Source: Deltaproteobacteria bacterium (GTDB taxonomy: Bacteria > Desulfobacterota > Desulfobacteria > Desulfobacterales > C00003060). From it: 64,000 nt of DNA. Numbering within the stretch: the first letter of the stretch is position 1; every line of letters starts with the position of its first letter. The stretch is from the NCBI GenBank assembly GCA_016930875.1, contig JAFGFW010000014.1, forward strand, positions 15,338 to 79,337, written 5' to 3'. The notes under the pieces were generated by a model that saw nothing but the letters and a program-made list of their open reading frames with translations, had not been told where the DNA came from and made no database searches. Positions 57,337-64,000 of the stretch are shown one piece after another. A program made the position numbers and the translations under genes.

Positions 57337-58512
57337 GTGAAAACGATTGAAACCGGTATTGAGAGGTTTATCGCTAACCCGTCTCGAATGCTCCAAGGAA
57401 AACGCCTTGGGCTCTTGTCAAACCCCGCCGCGGTCGATCGAAAATTTCAGCACAGCCGCAGCTTGATTGAAAACCGTTTCCCCGGCCAGCTTAAGGCTCT
57501 TTTCAGCCCTCAGCACGGATTTTTTGGTGAAAAGCAGGACAACATGATCCCTTCCGATAATCTGGTCGACCCGATTCTCAATATACCTGTCTTCAGTCTC
57601 TATGGCGTAACCAGAATGCCCACTAAGGCCATGATGGAATACATAGACACGCTCATTGTTGATCTTCAAGACGTTGGGACCCGGGTCTATACCTTCATCT
57701 ATACCATGGCCTTATGCCTGCAATCGGCTCGTTCTCATGGCAAGCAGGTCATAGTGTTGGACCGTCCAAACCCCCTTGGCGGAATCCTCATAGAAGGAAA
57801 TTGCTTGAAACCCGAATACAGCTCTTTCGTTGGGATGTATCCTATTCCAATGCGTCACGGCCTCACCATTGGCGAACTGGCCCTTCTTTTTAACAACCAC
57901 TTCGAAATAGGATGCGAATTGACCGTAGTACCCTTGGCAGGATGGAAACGTGACATGCTTTTCCAGGATACAGGCTTGCCGTGGATATCGCCTTCGCCGA
58001 ATCTACCCACCCTATCCTCGGCCATGCTATATCCTGGACAAGTCTTATGGGAAGGCACCAATGTCTCTGAGGGCCGTGGCACTACTCAACCTTTTGAGAT
58101 CTTTGGGGCGCCTTTTTTCGATGTAGGTCGTCTTCAAGAAACGCTGACCAGCAAGAATCTCCCGGGTGTCCACATTCGTCCGCTTGCCTTTGAACCCACG
58201 TCCAATAAGTGGACAGGAGAACTGTGTTACGGTTTTCAACTCCATGTTATCAAGCCCAAACTCTTCAGGCCCTACTTCACGACTCTGGTCCTTCTTCAGG
58301 CTGTGGTTGCTCTTCACTCTGATTCCTTTCAATGGAAGTCGCCGCCGTACGAATACGAGTTTGAGAAACTCCCCTTTGACGTGATCACAGGAGACCCTGC
58401 GGTCCGAAGTGCCATAGAAGCCCTCGAACCTCTGGAAGCTTTGAGAGACGGTTGGGAGGAAAATCTTGCGAGATTTGAGGAAATACGAAGGCCATATTTC
58501 CTCTATGAGTAA
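57337..58512 (+). CDS. DUF1343 / NamZ-like exo-beta-N-acetylmuramidase family protein
   Basis: GTG start. It has KRLGLLSNPAAVD...LFSPQHGF...QDVGTRVYTF. Confidence 0.7.
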   Translation: MKTIETGIERFIANPSRMLQGKRLGLLSNPAAVDRKFQHSRSLIENRFPGQLKALFSPQHGFFGEKQDNMIPSDNLVDPILNIPVFSLYGVTRMPTKAMMEYIDTLIVDLQDVGTRVYTFIYTMALCLQSARSHGKQVIVLDRPNPLGGILIEGNCLKPEYSSFVGMYPIPMRHGLTIGELALLFNNHFEIGCELTVVPLAGWKRDMLFQDTGLPWISPSPNLPTLSSAMLYPGQVLWEGTNVSEGRGTTQPFEIFGAPFFDVGRLQETLTSKNLPGVHIRPLAFEPTSNKWTGELCYGFQLHVIKPKLFRPYFTTLVLLQAVVALHSDSFQWKSPPYEYEFEKLPFDVITGDPAVRSAIEALEPLEALRDGWEENLARFEEIRRPYFLYE

Positions 58513-58643
58513 AGACGTTGGGCGCTTATGTAGGCCTTCCAGAAAAAAAATGAGCCTTTATAAAATACATAAGTCCCGCACAAAAAAAAGTACGGGACTT
58601 ATGCGAATATATCCTTATTCAGCTTACTTTACTGTAATTATAG

Positions 58644-58946
58644 CTATTTTTTTGCTTTCTTTTCTTTTTCGCTTTTTAGGTCTTCGACCTCTTTCTTCAG
58701 GTCTTCGACCTCTTTCTTATAACTCTCCACATCTTCTTTGTTCACAGCAGGGGTTTCAAAACCTTCGTCTTTGCTTTTCCACGTGTCTTTAAGCTCGTCA
58801 AACCCCAAATAAATTGCTAGAGCACCCCCCGAAAGAAGGCCAAAAGGTATAGCTCCCGCCAGTAGCTGCAGGAAGGGTTTCCACCATACTGCCAGACCTA
58901 TAATTCCTAAAACCGCCGCAGCCGCACCACCGATCAATGTCTTCAT
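58644..58946 (-). CDS. Small membrane protein with a tandem KKEVEDL repeat tail
   Basis: 100 aa with two Gly/Ala-rich TM helices, then a charged tail YKKEVEDLKKEVEDLKSEKEKKAKK encoded by a 24-nt tandem repeat. Confidence 0.55.
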   Translation of the reverse strand: MKTLIGGAAAAVLGIIGLAVWWKPFLQLLAGAIPFGLLSGGALAIYLGFDELKDTWKSKDEGFETPAVNKEDVESYKKEVEDLKKEVEDLKSEKEKKAKK

Positions 58947-59055
58947 CTTACACCATCCTCCTTTTATTCAAATATTTTCTTCTTTGCTCATGTCAATACA
59001 AAAATCGCTACATGCTTAACACAAGCTGCAAATCAAATCAAGCCCAAAATTTCAA

Positions 59056-59394
59056 TCAAGGCTTTTTTCGCTCAAAAAGGGATATCACATTATTATTATT
59101 CGCATTGTCCTCTCTCTGGTCGGACCCGTCCTCGGACGGCAAAGAATCACGTTCTGGTTTGCAAGCTCCCATGACCCTTTCTAATCTGATCCTGGCGCCG
59201 TTCATCGTGAAAGTGTCGCCATTGATATACTCTTCCCGCAGTATCCAAACAGCTTCCACAACAGGAACCTGCAAGATAAGCAACTTGACCTGGTACCAGT
59301 CCGCCTTGGAATCGGCGCAGATATCTTCGATGCGAGCAAAAAAGGCAGGGTGCTCTTCCTGGTAAATTAGGACAAGATCTCCAATAGTTGGCAT
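59056..59394 (-). CDS. Hypothetical protein (112 aa)
   Basis: Clean ORF; no family recognised. Confidence 0.45.
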   Translation of the reverse strand: MPTIGDLVLIYQEEHPAFFARIEDICADSKADWYQVKLLILQVPVVEAVWILREEYINGDTFTMNGARIRLERVMGACKPERDSLPSEDGSDQREDNANNNNVISLFERKKP

Positions 59395-59495
59395 ATTAAT
59401 TTTTCTATATCATACTATTTTCAAATTGACACGAGCAAAATTTGTGTTAATTTTTTGAGGTTATTCATTACCGTCAGTCCACAGGCAGCAATCTC

Positions 59496-62135
59496 ATGAA
59501 TTTTGTCCAACCCGTCAGGGGTAAAATAAGAAAATGGGTCGATGCATTTCTTCGTAGCCATCATGATCACTACACCTGTAGCCTGCCAAAAGACTGGGGG
59601 TGCTTTTCACCGTTATCCTTGATTTTGAAGTCGCTCTTCTCGCACGTTTCCACGAACTCGACGCAAACTGCCTTCTTAAAAACCCTTAAGGACGAATCAT
59701 TTATTGTCTATGTATCCAAGTATAAAAGCAACTTCGAGTACCTGTTTTATCATATCAAATACAAAAGCGAGGGGCTCCCTTTCCCTCAATTCGGCTTTGA
59801 TTACACTATATTGATCTGGCAGAGGCTCTCCAGGCTCATTCGCATTGCTCTTGCCCATCTAGATCACCTGCTCCGGCACAAGACTCTGCCCGACCCATAT
59901 GTCTCAGGCTTTTTCAAACGTGAACTGGAGTCCGGCAAGGCGGCCTTCTTATCTCTGGTAGACCGCAAGGGATTTTACCACCGGTTTGTGAAGGCAAAGC
60001 GCGATCCTTTGGAGTATCTCATTGAACTTCAGCACGAGATCTCGCGTCCAATCCATATCATCCCCCAGTGGCTACTTTTCAGCAAGAAACCCCAGGATGT
60101 GCCATTAGGCCTTGTGGATATCTTCTTTGGCAGCGAGGAAAATCCCGGACGACTCCGACGGTGGATGGCAATACTGCGCACTCCTCAAAAAGCTTTTGTG
60201 GAGACTTCAGATCCATTGAATCTCTTGTCATTTGTCCAGAAAGCGGACAACCAGGAAAGAAGCGCCCAACAACAGGCCTTTGTCCTTAGACAGATGCTTC
60301 TGGATCAGATAAATCGTCACCGCCAGAGCATCACCGGACCGGTTCTCAAAACAAGGGTTGAACTAAAAGAGCTGATCCTGAGAAACGAGCGCTTCCAGGA
60401 TTTCATGAGAGGTTATGCCCAAACCGGCAAAAAAAACCTGGCAGACTTGCATAAGAAGGCGGATGAAGATCTAAATGACATCGCCGCTGATTACAGTCCC
60501 CACTTCATTCAGGCCATTAGCATGATCTTCGGCTGGATATGGAAAACCATGTTTGATGGCATTGTCCTCGACATGGAAGGCCTGAACAGAGTGAAAAGCG
60601 CGGCCACAAGGGCCCCGATTGTGTTTGTTCCTTGTCATAGAAGCCACTTTGATTACCTCATCCTTTCACACGTACTCATTACAAACAACATGCCTTGTCC
60701 GCACGTAACCGCAGGACAGAATCTGGCCTTCTGGCCCGTGGGGACCCTTTTCAGAAAAAGCGGGGCCTTTTTCATCAGGCGGTCTTTTCACGGCGCAAGG
60801 CTCTACGCACAGGTTTTTTCAGAATACGTGCGCATGTTAATCCAGCAGGGCTTTAACATTGAGTTCTTTATCGAGGGAGGCCGGAGTCGAACAGGAAAGA
60901 TGGCTCTTCCAAAGACTGGGCTACTTACAATACTCATAGAGGCTTATAAAACCGGGGCATGTCAGGATTTGATATTTGCGCCTGTCTACGTGGGATACGA
61001 CCGCCTACTGGAAGAGAGCGCAATCTTAGGTGAGCTGGAAGGACGCGAAAAAAAGCAGGAAAGCTTTGCACAGTTGATCCGTGCGCGAAAACTCCTCAAC
61101 AAAAGACACGGCCGGGTATATGTTCAATTTGACGAGCCGATATCTCTGAAGGCTTTGGTTTCTGAAGCCGGAAAATCGCTCCAAGATATGGAGCATGCTG
61201 AATACCAGGCCTTGGGTCGCAACCTCGCCTACCGGATTATTAATGCTGTTAATCGCATCTCGGTGGTGACATCTCAGGCAATCACAGCCAGCGCCATTCT
61301 AAATTATCCCAAGCACAGTTTTACTCAAAGCGACCTTATGACTTGCGTGGAGACATATCTCAATTATCTGATTTTCCATAATGCACGCTTGTCGGAAAAC
61401 CTCGATGACACCCTCCTTGGAATAAAGAATGTCTTGGCCATCTACAGCAAACGCAAGTTCGTAGAAAAACAAAAGATCAAAGCAAAGGACGAGCCGCCTC
61501 CTGCCGATCCAAGATATGTGGCATCTGAGAACAAGCGCATGAACCTGGAATACTACAAAAACAACTGCATCCATCATTTCGTGCCGGCCGCTTACACTGC
61601 CTTGGCAATCCTGTCCTATGATGCATTTCAATTCTCCGCATCGGCCCTGCATTCTGACTACAATTTCCTGCAAGAGTTCTTCAAATACGAATTTGCCTAT
61701 GATGTGGAAAAGACGCCTGAATACATGGTCAGAAAAACCCTTAAGGCCTTCATTGATGACGCTATTCTTATGCCTCATCCCACGCTTCCTGATACGTACA
61801 ATATTACCTCGGCAGGCCTGCGAAAACTTCTGTTTTTTGCAGGCTTTCTAAAAACCTATTTTGAATCGTACCGCGTCGTCCTTGATGTCCTGAAAGGCTA
61901 TGGCCGAAGGGAACTGGTCAAGAAAGAGCGCATGAAAAAGATCAGGGCCCTTGGCGATCAATTGTACAAGCAACAGGAGGTTGAAAGAAGGGAGGCGCTT
62001 TCTCACATCAACTATGAAAATGGCCTGACGTTTTTCAACTTCAAGGGAATCCGGGGAAACGAAGATCAGCAAGGTATTGAATTCTACAGCCAAGTTATAA
62101 GGAAATATCTCAACTGCTTTATGGTTCAGAAGTAG
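59496..62135 (+). CDS. plsB: Glycerol-3-phosphate acyltransferase PlsB
   Basis: 879 aa with acyltransferase motif I VPCHRSHFDYL (HX4D), plus FFIRRSF and FIEGGRSRTGK. Confidence 0.88.
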   Translation: MNFVQPVRGKIRKWVDAFLRSHHDHYTCSLPKDWGCFSPLSLILKSLFSHVSTNSTQTAFLKTLKDESFIVYVSKYKSNFEYLFYHIKYKSEGLPFPQFGFDYTILIWQRLSRLIRIALAHLDHLLRHKTLPDPYVSGFFKRELESGKAAFLSLVDRKGFYHRFVKAKRDPLEYLIELQHEISRPIHIIPQWLLFSKKPQDVPLGLVDIFFGSEENPGRLRRWMAILRTPQKAFVETSDPLNLLSFVQKADNQERSAQQQAFVLRQMLLDQINRHRQSITGPVLKTRVELKELILRNERFQDFMRGYAQTGKKNLADLHKKADEDLNDIAADYSPHFIQAISMIFGWIWKTMFDGIVLDMEGLNRVKSAATRAPIVFVPCHRSHFDYLILSHVLITNNMPCPHVTAGQNLAFWPVGTLFRKSGAFFIRRSFHGARLYAQVFSEYVRMLIQQGFNIEFFIEGGRSRTGKMALPKTGLLTILIEAYKTGACQDLIFAPVYVGYDRLLEESAILGELEGREKKQESFAQLIRARKLLNKRHGRVYVQFDEPISLKALVSEAGKSLQDMEHAEYQALGRNLAYRIINAVNRISVVTSQAITASAILNYPKHSFTQSDLMTCVETYLNYLIFHNARLSENLDDTLLGIKNVLAIYSKRKFVEKQKIKAKDEPPPADPRYVASENKRMNLEYYKNNCIHHFVPAAYTALAILSYDAFQFSASALHSDYNFLQEFFKYEFAYDVEKTPEYMVRKTLKAFIDDAILMPHPTLPDTYNITSAGLRKLLFFAGFLKTYFESYRVVLDVLKGYGRRELVKKERMKKIRALGDQLYKQQEVERREALSHINYENGLTFFNFKGIRGNEDQQGIEFYSQVIRKYLNCFMVQK

Positions 62136-62150
62136 CGAAACAGTCAGTTC

Positions 62151-62475
62151 GTGCCAATTCAGACCAATATCAAACAGGATGAAGGCGGCTTTTTTCTTGT
62201 GACGTTTCCTGATATTTCTTTTCCCGCCACAGATGGAAAAACCCTAAAAGAGGCTCTGGTGGAAGATGAGGTTTTCCGGAGAACCTTCTTCAAAAGATGG
62301 ATATTCTATCTTTACTGTACGCTTTTTCAGGGAAGGAAAGAGTATACAACAGATCGATTTTGTACATAAAGGCAGGGCAGGAGATTTGATGAACATGGAA
62401 ACAGCCCCTTTTTGCATAAGCGGCTTGCCCTGCGTCAAAAAAAAATGGTTTACCTTATGCCTGAGCTGTTGCACT
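62151..62475 (+). pseudogene. Possible decayed HicB-like antitoxin remnant
   Basis: The N-terminus IKQDEGGFFLVTFPDISFPATDGKTLKEAL resembles the HicB N-domain. Plausible continuations (..GEPSSKDGYSIFTV.. and ..KKMVYLMPELL..) lie in the other two frames. No hicA is present. Confidence 0.25.
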
Positions 62476-62608
62476 GGAGAAAAGCGTAACAGCAGGGTAA
62501 GAATGCCTGATAGGTTCCCCGAAGGGCTTATTGAAGGATCGGTCAAAGTCGCAGATCCGCCTCTGGCGTGGATGGGCTGAAGTCACAGATCCGCCGTTTT
62601 TCTGGCGG

Positions 62609-62648
62609 GCTGAGATGCCAAAATGTGAAGTTATTTTTGCGCGAGCCC
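62609..62648. repeat. Dispersed 40-nt REP-like repeat, copy 2
   Basis: 37/40 identical to the reverse complement of 25747-25786. It abuts the RND gene stop codon. Two tandem hairpin units (AAGTCRCAGATCCGCC...GGCGGG) precede it at about 62545-62608. Confidence 0.8.
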
Positions 62649-64000
62649 TAAGATACGGTGGTGGGTAAGACTTTGGCTTTCAGGCTGGCCAGAAGATGAT
62701 GCACATCGTTAAGAATCATATAGAGAGATGGCACCAGCAGCAACGTTATGCCGGTGCCGAAGAGCACTCCGAAGCCGAGGCTTATGGCCATGGGGATTAG
62801 GAACTGAGCCTGGAGGCTCCGTTCCAGGAGCATTGGGGTTAAACCGGCAAACGTAGTCAGTGAGGTAAGGATGATGGCTCTAAATCTCAGGGCACCGGCT
62901 CGGGTAATCGCCCCATGGGCGTCCGCCCCCTGACGACGGATCCGATTGGTCGCATCAATTAATACCAGAGAGTCATTTACCACCACGCCGGCCAGCCCGA
63001 CAATGCCGAACATGCTCAGAAGACTCAGGTTGTGCCCCATAATCAGGTGTCCGAATATGGCGCCGATTATCCCAAAAGGGATGGCCGCCATCACGATAAA
63101 CGGCTGGGTAAACGACTTGAAAGGAATTGCCAGCAGGGCATAGATGCAAAACAGTGCGATGACAAAGCCCTTCATGACATCAGCCATTGACTCTCTTTGT
63201 TCTTTGCCTTCTCCTTCCATGGTGTATCTCAGGCCGAGATATTTATGTTGGAGTTGCGGTAAAAAACGCCTCTCCAGGTCTGTACGCACCTCATTGGCGT
63301 TGGTGATCGTCTCGTCCACGTCCGCCGTGACCTTGATCACACGCAGACGCTGAGCGCGCTGGATGGAGGCGTACCCTTGCTCCATCTTCACCTCAGCCAC
63401 CTGACTGAAAGGAACCTCCAAGCCATCCGGCGTGCGTATGCGCATTTCTTCGAGAGAGCCCAAGGACTTGCGTTCTGAGTCCGGATAACGCACCATGACC
63501 TTGACCTCATCCTGATCGCGCTGCAAACGCAGAGCCTCAGCCCCGTAAAAGGCATGCCGGACTTGCCGGGCCAGGTCGTCTAAGGTCAGGCCCAAACTGC
63601 GGGCAGCCAGTTTCAGTTTGAGCTGTACTTCTTTTTTGCCCGGGAAAAAACTATCACTCACATCAAATACACCGGGATAAACTTTCAGTTCTTCCTTTAG
63701 TTCATCCACCGCAGCTAAAAGCTGATCATGGTCGTCCAGAGATAAGTGAACCTCAACAGGATTGCCGGCGCTAAAAAGCGCGCTCTTGAAGGTGATTTCC
63801 TCGGCATCCGGGATCATCCCCGCTTTCTTGCGCCACAGCATGGCCAGTCTTGTGGCACTGACGTCCCGTTGTTCGCCTTCCAGAAGCTCGATCTTGACCT
63901 GGGCCAGATGGCTCCCAACCTGCGGTCCGCCAGCCATGGGGCCTTGGCCCCCTGTCTGCATCCCAACTATAGTGATACTGCTTTCAAAAAGTGGCGGCGC
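62648..64000 (-). CDS. RND (AcrB/HAE-type) efflux transporter, C-terminal part (5' end outside window)
   Basis: The frame is open to the window edge. It has a periplasmic loop plus the last TM bundle (...AIPFGIIGAIFGHLIMGHNLSLLSMFGIVGLAGVVVNDSLVLID...). Confidence 0.8.
   Translation of the reverse strand, partial: APPLFESSITIVGMQTGGQGPMAGGPQVGSHLAQVKIELLEGEQRDVSATRLAMLWRKKAGMIPDAEEITFKSALFSAGNPVEVHLSLDDHDQLLAAVDELKEELKVYPGVFDVSDSFFPGKKEVQLKLKLAARSLGLTLDDLARQVRHAFYGAEALRLQRDQDEVKVMVRYPDSERKSLGSLEEMRIRTPDGLEVPFSQVAEVKMEQGYASIQRAQRLRVIKVTADVDETITNANEVRTDLERRFLPQLQHKYLGLRYTMEGEGKEQRESMADVMKGFVIALFCIYALLAIPFKSFTQPFIVMAAIPFGIIGAIFGHLIMGHNLSLLSMFGIVGLAGVVVNDSLVLIDATNRIRRQGADAHGAITRAGALRFRAIILTSLTTFAGLTPMLLERSLQAQFLIPMAISLGFGVLFGTGITLLLVPSLYMILNDVHHLLASLKAKVLPTTVS

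Noticed and set aside
58660-58740. Tandem and dispersed short repeats as possible CRISPR arrays
   Set aside because: The repeats are 2 copies only, lie inside a coding region or are REP-like. There is no regular repeat-spacer periodicity and no cas genes.

Overview
The window is about 50% GC and reads like a Desulfobacterota (delta-proteobacterium-type) chromosome; most genes are on the minus strand. Most of it is ordinary core genome. This includes lon-clpX-clpP-tig, hypBFCD hydrogenase maturation, htpX-clpB, miaB, recJ, mutS, dnaE, guaB and tsaC. It also includes the hisC-cmk-rpsA-sppA-HU/IHF block, plsB, two AmiC-type amidases, five tRNAs and a partial RND pump at the right edge. The stand-out region is 1-10.3 kb. 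A ccmB(partial)CDEF System I cytochrome c maturation operon carries the Cys-type (CxxxY) CcmE variant. It converges on a five-gene minus-strand cluster of multihaem cytochromes. Three are paralogues whose conserved blocks match my recollection of the Geobacter nanowire cytochrome OmcS; one of these is split by a frameshift. They are interleaved with two tandem, N-terminally membrane-tethered 12-haem cytochromes. The cluster has about 43 haem-binding motifs, no porin gene and two sigma-54-type promoter candidates, so I read it as a candidate extracellular/long-range electron-transfer module. Other points of interest: a DsrE-like gene the ORF track splits at an in-frame TGA, which looks like a UxxC selenoprotein with an fdhF-like SECIS hairpin. 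A small island of orphan genes sits next to tRNA-Pro and is peppered with MITE/REP-like repeats, including a 184-bp element with perfect 27-bp terminal inverted repeats. Several short intergenic repeat families recur across the window, and there are decayed toxin-antitoxin remnants. No CRISPR array, rRNA, transposase or integrase was seen. All family assignments come from motif recognition by eye, not database searches.
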